From Bryobacterales bacterium (GTDB lineage: Bacteria; Acidobacteriota; Terriglobia; Bryobacterales; UBA6623): 64,000 nucleotides of DNA. The translations under genes and the position numbers were made by a program. Shown in pieces: positions 40,859 through 49,598 of the stretch (its first letter is position 1; every line of letters starts with the position of its first letter). The notes below the pieces were generated by a model. That model ran no database searches. It had not been told where the DNA came from and was given only the letters and a program-made list of their open reading frames with translations. The DNA lies in NCBI GenBank assembly GCA_965226385.1, contig OZ245359.1:2057116-2121115 (forward strand), read 5' to 3'.

Positions 40859-41461
40859 TCATGCGGAGACGGGTGCTAGGATGTTTTTCAGCACATCAAG
40901 GGCGCTGTAAAGCCTGGACTTGACTGTTGAAACCGGGCAATCCAGAATCCGCGCAATCTCGTCAAACTTGAAACCCTGGTACACCTTGAGCAACACGACC
41001 TGTTTTTGCTGCGAGGTCAGGGAGCCGAGTGCTTGCTCAATCAGGAAACCCAGTTCAGTGCTTCCATATCCTGAGCCCCCCAGCCAGGTCCTTGGCAGGC
41101 TGGCGGTGTCAACAGCAAGTTCAAGCTCATCATTTGTAGTCGCGAGTTTGCCCCTGCGGAGTAGCGATGCCACTTCGTTGTGTGCAATCCGGAACAACCA
41201 TTGAGGGAAGCGGTCAATTTCCTTCAATCCGTGAATACCCCGGTAGGCCTTGAGGAATGTTTCCTGACTGAGTTCCAGGGCATCGTCCCTGTCTCCGATT
41301 GATCGCAGGAAATAATTGTAAATTTTCTTTTCCCACCGCGAGACGAGGATGTTGTAAGCCTGCACATCACTGTTGCGGGCGCGCAGGATCAGGTCACGAT
41401 CCTTGATGTTGTGTAAGATCAGCGATTTACCCGTCCTAGAGTGCAAGACGCAAAAGAGCAA
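40859..41461 (-). CDS. ECF-type RNA polymerase sigma factor
   Basis: Region 2 (AYNILVSRWEKKIYNYFLRSIGDRDDALELSQETFLKAY) and region 4 (FDEIARILDCPVSTVKSRLYSAL) are present. The start codon is uncertain because there is no ATG near the 5' end. Confidence 0.8.
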   Translation of the reverse strand: MLFCVLHSRTGKSLILHNIKDRDLILRARNSDVQAYNILVSRWEKKIYNYFLRSIGDRDDALELSQETFLKAYRGIHGLKEIDRFPQWLFRIAHNEVASLLRRGKLATTNDELELAVDTASLPRTWLGGSGYGSTELGFLIEQALGSLTSQQKQVVLLKVYQGFKFDEIARILDCPVSTVKSRLYSALDVLKNILAPVSA

Positions 41462-41652
41462 GAAAAAGACGAAAACAATGTATGAAGATTGGGAATAATC
41501 CTGGTTCCTCAGCTCAAAGCGTGGCAGTGAAGAAAGTACTTGTCAATTTTTTAAAAACTATTGCCGTAAGAAATGAGTTCACATTCGTCTTAGGAGTGCT
41601 GACAATAACTACGGTTCGGTTTCCTTCTCCTTGTGAATCTGTGGTTAGCAGA

Positions 41653-41683
41653 GCGACGGGGCGAAAGTCCCGTCGCTTTTTTT
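41653..41683 (+). terminator. Strong intrinsic terminator hairpin, plus-strand orientation
   Basis: GCGACGGGGC-GAAA-GTCCCGTCGC (10-bp stem including one G-U pair, GNRA loop) is followed by T7 (41677-41683). No annotated plus-strand gene lies upstream of it. Confidence 0.6.
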
Positions 41684-41742
41684 CATTAGCCCAGTCAAGG
41701 CGCAATCCCTGTAAATCTGGTAACGGCTGTAGCCGGTTGGCT

Positions 41743-41990
41743 CTACTGCTTACAGGCAACAGTCTCTGCTGTCAGTTTTGGTTCTGACACGGGATATGGT
41801 TTGTTGAATACTGTCCTGCTATCGTTCTGCTGCTCCATCCAGTCCGTGAGTTGCCTTTTCAGTTGTTGCTGTCGTTCGCTGTAGTCAGGATTTGTTGCAA
41901 GGTTGTTTCTTTCGTAGCTATCGATCTGAAGATCGTACAGTTCTTCTGCAGGGTTTGAGCAGTTTATTCTATATCTATGTATATCCGTGT
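41743..41990 (-). pseudogene. Sulfatase, C-terminal tail only (truncated at the IS607 copy 2 left end)
   Basis: TDIHRYRINCSNPAEELYDLQIDSYERNNLATNPDYSERQQQLKRQLTDW parallels the tail of the sulfatase at 46023-47502 (TRDHRYIRYRDGGEELYDHRNDPQEWRNLASSP...LKSRLASHL). The upstream end is approximate. Confidence 0.65.
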
Positions 41991-42003
41991 AATAATGATC
42001 TAT

Positions 42004-42630
42004 ATGATTAGATTGGTTGCCATTGGTGAAGCCTCCCAAGTATTAGGCGTGTCCATCGTCACCCTGCGGCGTTGGGAGGCGGCCGGGAAGTTGATCCCGG
42101 AGCGTACGGTGGCGGGGCACCGTCGCTACGATCTCGCCAAACTCAAGCCCGAGCTATTTCACACGGACACATCCGAGCGGCGTACGGTCGCCTAGGCGCG
42201 GGTTTCCAGCCACGACCAGAAGAACGATCTGGAACGCCAGAAGCAGGTGTTGGAACTGTATTGTGCGCGCCAAGGCTGGACCTTCGCAGTGGTCACCGAC
42301 CTTGGCTCCGGCATGAACTACCGCCAGGAAGGTTTAAAGCGTCTGTTGAACGATGTGGTGGAGGGCCGCATCGGGCGCCTGGTGATCACCCACAAGGACC
42401 GGCTGTTGCGCTTGGGCGCCGAACTAGTTTTTGCTATTTGCGAAGCCAAACAAGTCGAAGTGGTGATCCTGAACCAGGGCGAGGACACCAGTTTCGAGGA
42501 AGATTTAGCAAAAGACATGCTGGAGATCAGCACCGTGTTCAGTGCCCGGCTCTATGGCAGCCGCTCGCGCAAGAACCAGCAGCTGCTTGATGGCGTGAAG
42601 ACGGCCGTGGAGGCATCGCAGGCATGCTGA
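42004..42630 (+). pseudogene. tnpA: IS607 serine recombinase tnpA with a premature TAG
   Basis: It begins MIRLVAIGEASQVLGVSIVTLRRWEAAGKL (MerR-like HTH). TAG at 42193-42195 replaces the Tyr (TAT in copy 1) of the YARVSSHDQ motif. The rest of the gene stays in the same frame (ORF 42247..42630). Confidence 0.85.
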
Positions 42631-43829
42631 TTGCCCATCAGATCGCCCTGGATTCAACCAACGTGCAGGCGACGTACATGGCACGGGCGACAGGCACGGC
42701 GCGGTTTGCGTACAACTGGGCGCTGGCCGAGTGGCAGCGTCAGTATGAGGCGCACCGGGCGGATGAGTCTCTACCCAAACCGGGCCAGTTGGCCTTGCGC
42801 CGCCAGCTCAACGCCATCAAGCGCGAACAATTTCCTGGGCTGCTGGAGGTCACCAAGAACGCGCCGCAGATGGCGATCATTCAACTGGGCCAAGCTTTTG
42901 CGAACTTCTTGGCCGGCCGTGCCCGTTACCCTAAATTTCGCAAAAGGGGCGTCCATGATCGGTTTACGCTCACCAACGACCAAATCCATAGCGACGACCG
43001 GCGCATCCGCATCCCCAAGCTTGGCTGGGTGCGGATGCGCGAGCCGTTGCGATTTGTTGGTTATAGCCAATCTGCCACGGTCTGCCGGGTGGCCGATCGC
43101 TGGTTCGTCAGCCTGACCGTGGATACACCCGCTGTCTCTTATCTACCGCCAGCCGAAAACCAAGGCGGGGTTGGTGTGGACTTGGGGGTATCCGCTTGTG
43201 CGGCGCTCTCGACGGGAGAAGTCAAGGTTGGACCTAAGCCGCACAAGGCATTGCTCAAGCGCCTACGGCGCTTGTCGCGCAGCTTGAGCCGCAAGCAAAA
43301 AGGCTCTGCCAATCGCCGCAAAGCCAAGGCGAAGCTGGCGAGGCTGCCTGCCCGCAGCGGCAACATCTGCAATGATGCCCAGCACAAGCTCACGACTGAT
43401 CTCACGCGCCGGTTCCACACCATCGGCATTGAGGATTTGAACGTGAGAGGTATGATGGCAAACCGCCATCTGACGCGATCCATTGCCGATATGGGGTTCC
43501 ACGAGTGCCGCCGACAGCTTGAGTACAAGGCGGCGCTGCGCGGCGGTGTTGTGATTGTCGCGGACCGATGGTTCGCGAGCAGCAAGACATGCTCGGGCTG
43601 CAGTCTTCGGCTGAACCGTCTGCCGCTAGCGGTTCGCACGTGGACATGCTTGGGCTGCGGCATGGCGCATGACCGCGACGTGAATGCTGCGATCAATCTA
43701 AAGAACTACGCCGTGAGTTCCACGGTGTCTGCCTGTGGAGGGGAAGGCTCTGGCCTTGGCGGCAACGCCAAGACGAAACCGGCCCCGCGAAGCAGGAAGT
43801 CAGCTTTGAACCCGTTTAGGCAGGTTTGA
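42624..43829 (+). CDS. tnpB: TnpB RNA-guided nuclease (IS605 OrfB family), apparently intact
   Basis: 401 aa with GVDLG (RuvC-I), IGIEDLNVRGM (RuvC-II), a CSGC...CLGC zinc ribbon and HDRDVNAAINL (RuvC-III). Confidence 0.9.
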   Translation: MLIAHQIALDSTNVQATYMARATGTARFAYNWALAEWQRQYEAHRADESLPKPGQLALRRQLNAIKREQFPGLLEVTKNAPQMAIIQLGQAFANFLAGRARYPKFRKRGVHDRFTLTNDQIHSDDRRIRIPKLGWVRMREPLRFVGYSQSATVCRVADRWFVSLTVDTPAVSYLPPAENQGGVGVDLGVSACAALSTGEVKVGPKPHKALLKRLRRLSRSLSRKQKGSANRRKAKAKLARLPARSGNICNDAQHKLTTDLTRRFHTIGIEDLNVRGMMANRHLTRSIADMGFHECRRQLEYKAALRGGVVIVADRWFASSKTCSGCSLRLNRLPLAVRTWTCLGCGMAHDRDVNAAINLKNYAVSSTVSACGGEGSGLGGNAKTKPAPRSRKSALNPFRQV

Positions 43830-43851
43830 TTAGGTATGACAGAACGGTTCC
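43697..43851 (+). ncRNA. Candidate omega-RNA (reRNA) scaffold of copy 2; 5' limit unknown
   Basis: The tnpB stop (43827-43829) is only 22 nt from the right end, so the scaffold must overlap the tnpB 3' end. Hairpins are CCGTG-AGTTC-CACGG (43711-43725) and CTTGGCG-GCAA-CGCCAAG (43755-43772). The predicted guide is the flank TTCACCAGTTAAATGGAATT (43852-43871). Confidence 0.5.
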
Positions 43852-43920
43852 TTCACCAGTTAAATGGAATTAGGCAAACCGGAACCAAATGGTTGCTACT
43901 TGCATTGAACCTCACTACGC

Positions 43921-44084
43921 ATGCAACAAAGTGCACGATTGATCGTTAATGTTGATGATTTTGGCTTTACGCATGATGTCAATGAAGGCATCCTGGAAAG
44001 TCACTTGCATGGAATTGCCCGGTCCACTTCCCTCATGTCCAACGGAGCTGCATTCGAGGATGCAGTTCATCTTGCAAAAGAAAA
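43921..44084 (+). pseudogene. YdjC/ChbG-family carbohydrate deacetylase, N-terminal fragment
   Basis: [50 protein letters not shown] matches the YdjC N-terminus (the DDFG metal-binding region). It is cut at 44084/44085 by the IS1595-like inverted repeat. Confidence 0.75.
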
Positions 44085-45031
44085 CCTGATTACACACAAG
44101 ACTCATCCAACTTTAGAAGGCGGCACGGCATCGGTGGAGTGTTCGCCGAGGCGTACACGAGGCGGGGGACAAGATTGGCGAGCTGGTAGCGGCGGTTGAA
44201 GCGGTAGGAGAACGCCGCCAGGTAGCGCGGCACGTGCTTGGCGTCGATCGCGTGGTAGGTGCCGTCGATGGATCGCTTGACGTTGCCGAGCATTGTGTTG
44301 ACCCACCGCAGGCGGGGTTCCTCGCAACTGTCCGGGCCCCCGCCGGTGACAGTCGCGAGGTGCTCGCAGCCGGCCTCGGTGACACCCCGGAAGCAGGCCA
44401 AGCCGTCGGATTGCACCCTGGTGCCCGGTTGGAGGTGGCGTGCGGCCCAGCCTCGCAGGACGGCCTTGCGGAAGCCCTTGACGCGGCTCATGCGCAGCTT
44501 GTGGGGCCGGCTGGCCGCGGTGATTTCGACCGCAGCGACGAACGGCGTCTTGCCCGCCCCAATAGGCGTCGTCCACTTGCACGATGCCGGCCAGCGGGAC
44601 GCGCTCGTCGCGCTCACGCATCGCCTGCATCAGCTTGTGCTTCAGCTGCCAGGCGGTGTTCTGGCTGACGCCGAGCTGGCGTGCCAGCTCGAGCAAGGAG
44701 ATGCCGTGCTTGGACTGCGTCACCAGATGGATCGCAAGGAACCAGGTGGTGAGCGGGAGCTGCAGGCGCGGCAACGGTAGCCTTGAGGCCAGCGCGCCTT
44801 GTGGATGGCTTCGGCGCACTGCGGCTCGCTGCCGTAGCGTTGCAGGAAGGCTCCCAGGCTCAAACCTTTCTGGAATTGAACTCGATTGCGTTGCATTATG
44901 TAACTCCTTACAGATCAGCTATCTGCACGTTCCATGATAGCGAATGAATAGAGAAAACGCAATGCTGGAGCCCAGCTCATTTGCTCTTCGGAACTGGCCG
45001 TAAACCTGGATGAGTCTTGTGTGTAATCAGG
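44085..45031 (-). mobile_element. IS1595-family (ISXO2-like) element shell with decayed transposase
   Basis: Perfect 25-bp terminal inverted repeats are CCTGATTACACACAAGACTCATCCA (44085-44109) and its reverse complement (45007-45031). No flanking direct duplication is visible. Confidence 0.8.
44090..44896 (-). pseudogene. IS1595-family DDE transposase remnant (internal deletions and frameshifts)
   Basis: Pieces lie in different frames: MQRNRVQFQKGLSLGAFLQRYGSEPQCAEAIHKARWPQGYRC, then LPLTTWFLAIHLVTQSKHGISLLELARQLGVSQNTAWQLKHKLMQAM...VQVDDAYWGG, then KTPFVAAVEI...DGLACFRGVTEAGCEH...[27 protein letters not shown]. Confidence 0.75.
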
Positions 45032-45070
45032 ATATATTTTAAGCGCAATCACTGTAGGGAGGCTCGTTCC

Positions 45071-46018
45071 ATGCCAAATTCACTCCGCCTGACCGTATTG
45101 GTGGTGCTGGCGCTAGCGAGCGCCGCTGCTGTTCAGGCATAGAGCCGAGCCCAAGGGAACCGCGAGTCTGGCCCTGGGTTCCAGCCGCCCGAGGGCATCA
45201 CTGCTCACCGGGACATGGTTTTTGCGTCCGTCGGTGATCGCGATCTCCACCTTGACCTCTACGTGCCTGAGACCAGACCCGCGAATCCCATGTCGCTAAT
45301 CGTTTGGATCCATGGCGGCGGCTGGCGAGGGGGATCGAAGGAGGGTCTTCGTCGACCAGGACCCATCCTTGAGCGCGGCGGCTACATCTTGGCCTCCGTC
45401 GAATACCGCCTGAGCGGTGAAGCCATCTTTCCCGCAGCGATTGCGGACTGCAAAGCGGCCGTGCGCTGGTTACGCGGGAATGCTGCAGAGTACGGTATCG
45501 ATCCGGATCGGGTGGCCGTTTGGGGCTCGTCCGCAGGTGGCCATCTTGTTGCGCTGCTCGGCACGGCCGGGGACGTCAAGGAATGGGACGCAATTCACGC
45601 GGAGAACCAAGATGTCTCCTCCAAGCCGACCATCGTTTGCAACTGGTTCGGTCCGACCGACTTTCTGCGAATGAATGACTTCGAGGGGCGGATCGACCAC
45701 AACGCAGCCGGTTCCCAGGAGTCCGAGTTCATCGGCGGCCCGATCCAGGAGCATCCCGACAAGGCGCAAAGGGCAAACCCGATCACCTACGTATCCCCAG
45801 ACGATCCGCCAATGCTGCTCATGCATGGTGAGAAGGACCGAGCGGTTCCATACAATCAGAGCGAACTGCTGTACGCCGCACTACAGAAGGCCGGTGTGGA
45901 ATCGCGCCTCTACAAGGTTGTCGGAGCCGATCACGGCTTCCGCAATCCAACGAAGGATACTCCCGAGTCACTTTTCCAAATGGTTGCCGATTTCTTTGAC
46001 CGCCACCTCAATCCCTAG
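45071..46018 (+). pseudogene. Secreted alpha/beta-hydrolase (esterase/lipase) with an in-frame TAG after the signal peptide
   Basis: ATG at 45071 encodes MPNSLRLTVLVVLALASAAAVQA, then TAG at 45140-45142, and the same frame continues into ORF 45215..46018. That ORF has HGGGW (oxyanion hole) and GSSAGG (GxSxG). Confidence 0.7.
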
Positions 46019-46022
46019 AGCC

Positions 46023-47502
46023 ATGGCCAGGCTCGTGAAACTCCTGGCTGTGATGGCCCTCTGCGGGCCAGTTCCGGCGCGAGCCGTGGCCACGAGTCCC
46101 GACATCCTCTTCATCGCCATCGACGATCTCAACGACTGGGTTGGACCTCTCGGTGGTCATCCCCAGGCGAAGACGCCAAACATCGATCGCATTGCGGCAC
46201 AGGGGATGACGTTTACGAACGCCCACTCGACTGCGGCTATCTGCAATCCGTCACGCAGTTCCCTGATGAATGGCATGCTGCCCTCCTACATCGGTGTGTA
46301 CGGCAACAACGACGATTGGCGGAACTCGCCCGCGCTCGAGGGAAAACCCGTGTTGCCGCTCTTCTTCCAGGACAACGGCTACCGAACGCTCGGCGGAGGC
46401 AAGCTCTTCCACAGCCACACGTACCATCCCAACGCATTCTATGGACTGCTCCCTCGCAAGGGGTTTGACGGCTACTACCCGGCGATGGACCGACAACTGC
46501 CGGAGGAGATTCGTCCGCTGGGCTGGCCCCTCAACGAGAACCCCAACCTGGTTTTCGGATTCTTCGACTGGGCTCCGGTAGCGGCCGAGGACTCAGCGAC
46601 GGGCGACGGCCAAGTCGTCTCCTGGGCGGTCAGGCAGATCAGCGCGAAGCACGACAAGCCGCTATTCCTCGGTGCCGGAATCTACCGACCTCACCTTCCC
46701 TGGGACATCCCCCAAACGTACTTCGACATGTACCCGCTCGAGCATGTCGAACTGCCGTCTACGATTCCGGATGACCTTGACGATGTCCCTGCAGGGGAGC
46801 GATACACCGCCAAAGAGCGGGTCCACCAGTGGGTCCTTGAGACTGGTAAGTGGAAGGAAGGCGTGCAAGGGGTATCTGGCCAGCATTAGCTTTGCTGACG
46901 CCATGGTTGGCCGGTTACTGGATGCTCTGGATGCGAGTGGGCGCGCGGATCGAACGATCATTGTGCTATTTTCCGATCACGACTGGCACCTTGGCGAGAA
47001 GGGCCAGTGGCGCAAGCAGTCGCTTTGGGAAGAGTCGACCCGTGTACCACTGATCGTCGTTGCACCAGGCGTGACCGCAGCTGGCAGCCGATCAGCTGCG
47101 TCCGTCTCGTTGCTCGACTTGTATCCGACCTTGGCCGAACTTGCTGGCCTCGATCCGCCGGAGCACTTGCAGGGCCACAGCCTGTTGCCGCTTCTTCAAG
47201 ATCCGGGTGCTGAGGGGCCGCACGTTGCGATCACGACCCACCTCTTTGGCAACTACGCTGTGCGTACACGCGATCACCGCTACATCCGTTACAGGGATGG
47301 TGGAGAAGAGCTCTACGACCACCGCAACGACCCGCAGGAGTGGCGAAATCTAGCCTCGTCTCCCACCCATGCTGAACTCAAGAGTCGTCTGGCTAGTCAC
47401 TTGCCGAAGGTCAATCTGCAGTCGCTGGGTCGTCTTGGACGTCAAGGACGGCCGGACCAGGGCGGCTCTCGAAACGGTCGGGCACCTCGGCCTGCAAGAT
47501 AG
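46023..47502 (+). pseudogene. Sulfatase with a +1 frameshift in a G4 run
   Basis: The N-part has DILFIAIDDLNDW and CNPSRSS (CxPxR). The frame changes at GGGG 46869-46872 (...KWKEGVQG|YLASISFAD...). The C-part has SDHDWHLGEKGQW and EELYDHRNDPQEWRNLA. Confidence 0.8.
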
Positions 47503-47584
47503 GGTGTTGAGCGAGCCGGTGAGATCGAGAGAAGCGCTGCCGCAACAGCAACTAACCGTCGTCAATCTGGCGACTTCAAACGCG

Positions 47585-48430
47585 CTATACGAACAGCAGG
47601 ATCTTCGCGCTGCCAGCCCCCAGCTTATCGACGAGCCTCGGTGCCAAACTGGCTAGCGATCCATCGGCGGGATGGGTTTGTCTGGGTTCAATTCCCCGGT
47701 AGGCGTCCGTGGCCTGCAGTTCTTCCCGGGCTTTCGCGAGATCCCCCGGCGATTTGCCCTCTTCATCCTCTATTGCCGGGTTCGCGTCTGCATCCAGGAG
47801 TGCCGCTATGTTCTCCGGTGAACCGTATTTTGCAGCCCAATGCAAGGCTTGCCAGCCCTGCCCGTCACTGAATGTCACTAACGCACCCGCTTCGAGAAGC
47901 GTGGCTATGGTCTCGGGTGTGCCGAACGCCGAGGCAAAATGGGAAGGCGTTCGGCCGTATTTGCCCCTCGCCTTCGGATCCGCGCCAACGTTGAGCAGGA
48001 GTGCGACATTCCCTGGAACGTCTCCGCGTGCCACCTTGTGCAGCGGAGTTTCGCCTTGCTTGTTGCGTGCGTTCGGATCCGTGCCCAGGTCAATCAGTGC
48101 GGAGATGTCTTCCGGAGGTCCATGGCTTGCCGCTTCGTGTATCGGTGTGTCGGCGGATCAATTTGCGGCATTCACCTCTGCACCGGCCTCAATCAGGGCG
48201 GAAAGATGCTTAGGAGACCCCATGCTTGCTGCCCAGTGAATTGGTGTCTTTCCGTGTTTGTTCGTGGCATTCACCTCCGCACCAGCCTCAAGAAGAGAGG
48301 CGATCACCGCGGGCATGCCGAACCTCGCAGCAGAGTGCAGAGGTGTCTCGCTATCCCGATCGTGCACATCGACGGTTGTACCTGCGTCGAGCAGTGCCGG
48401 GAGGCGCTCGGCATCGAATCTTACGGCCAT
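47585..48430 (-). pseudogene. Ankyrin-repeat protein with one in-frame TGA
   Basis: ORFs 48158..48430 and 47585..48034 and the stretch between them are in one frame, separated only by the stop at 48158-48160. Repeated ANK units are present (ETPLHSAARFG..., KTPIHWAASMG..., DTPIHEAASHG..., ETPLHKVARGD..., RTPSHFASAFG..., WQALHWAAKYG...). Confidence 0.7.
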
Positions 48431-48565
48431 GTCCAGAGGTGTATCTACATCCTCGGTTCCGGAGTCAAGGCTAAAGCGGGCTTGGAGCTACCGCACCTAC
48501 CACACCTCTAGCTGTCCACCATCTCGTAGCCACCCCAGTCGTTGATCTGGTACAGTGACACGGCC

Positions 48566-49486
48566 ATGGCTTGGAGTAGACGCGCATTCCTGTCCAGCGG
48601 CTTCGCTGCCGCTGCAACTTGTACCTCCCAGGCGGCGCAAAGGAAATTCACGATCGCGTTCGTACCCGGAAGCATTGGCATCAAGGCGGACCAGGGCTGC
48701 TCGATCGAGCTCGCATCGAAGCACGGATTCGAGTCTGTCGAGCCCTTCGGCAAGCAACTCCTGAACGAGGGTTCTGCAGCGTACGTCGATGCACTTGAAG
48801 CGGCGGGTCTCAAATGGGCTGCCGCGAGGCTCTCCGTGAGCCTGCGCGTTGACGAGGCTGCCTTCGCAAGCGGTCTCGCCGAACTACCTGCGGAAGCCAA
48901 GGCCTTACGTCAAGCCGGAGTCGATCGAGTTGGGACGGCGATTTCGTCGTATAGCCAGGACCTCAACTATCTGGATAATTTCAAGGTCCATGTCAGCCGT
49001 CTTCGAAAGGTCGGAGCAGTTCTGGCTGACGAAGGCTTGCGACTCGGTCTTGAGTACTTGGGCACCAAGCGACTTTGGACCAGGCAGCGCCACGCTTTCG
49101 TGCATTCGATGGCAGAGTGCCGGCAACTCATCGCCGAGACGGGTCAGCCCAACATCGGTGTTATCATCGACAGCTGGCATTGGTGGACGGCTGGCGAAAC
49201 TGCGGACGACATCCTCCAGCTGGAGAACAGCGACGTCGTGTCTGCCGACCTCAACGACGCCCCCAGTGGCATCGAGCGCGACGAGCAGTACGACAACCGC
49301 CGTGAACTGCCCCTGGCAACTGGCATGATCGACGCCAAGGAGTTTTTGGACGCGCTGGTCAAGATCGGATACGACGGTCCGATTCGTGCCGAGCCATTCA
49401 ACCAGATCTTGGACGCTATGGACGACGATCAAGCTAGCCGGACAACCGCTGACGCAATGCGCAGGGCCTTCGCGCTAGTCGGGTAA
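48566..49486 (+). CDS. Sugar phosphate isomerase/epimerase (xylose isomerase-like TIM barrel), Tat signal
   Basis: MAWSRRAFLSSGFAAAA twin-arginine leader. The pattern LGLEYLG...IIDSWHW...PIRAEPF is typical of AP endonuclease 2/xylose-isomerase-like TIM barrels. Confidence 0.65.
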   Translation: MAWSRRAFLSSGFAAAATCTSQAAQRKFTIAFVPGSIGIKADQGCSIELASKHGFESVEPFGKQLLNEGSAAYVDALEAAGLKWAAARLSVSLRVDEAAFASGLAELPAEAKALRQAGVDRVGTAISSYSQDLNYLDNFKVHVSRLRKVGAVLADEGLRLGLEYLGTKRLWTRQRHAFVHSMAECRQLIAETGQPNIGVIIDSWHWWTAGETADDILQLENSDVVSADLNDAPSGIERDEQYDNRRELPLATGMIDAKEFLDALVKIGYDGPIRAEPFNQILDAMDDDQASRTTADAMRRAFALVG

Positions 49487-49598
49487 CGGGAGGCGGCTCG
49501 GCGCTATCATTCGATAGATTGCTACGGACTTCGTAATAGTCCGATCTGAAGCGGTCAGCCTTGGAGACAGTGTCTTGCGGGCACCATGCGCTTGGTGA

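Larger units (their letters stand above)
41995..43851 (+). mobile_element. IS607-family insertion sequence, copy 2 (left boundary approximate)
   Basis: It has the overlapping tnpA-tnpB architecture. The right end is defined by loss of similarity to copy 1 after 43851. The left end cannot be fixed because copy 1's left end is off-window; it lies between the sulfatase tail and the tnpA ATG at 42004. Confidence 0.8.

Noticed and set aside
44103-44819. 238-aa and other overlapping ORFs (44113-44385, 44234-44668, 44259-44780, 44584-44937)
   Set aside because: These are alternative frames of the decayed IS1595-like transposase region. Only discontinuous pieces match the transposase family, so none is called as an independent gene.
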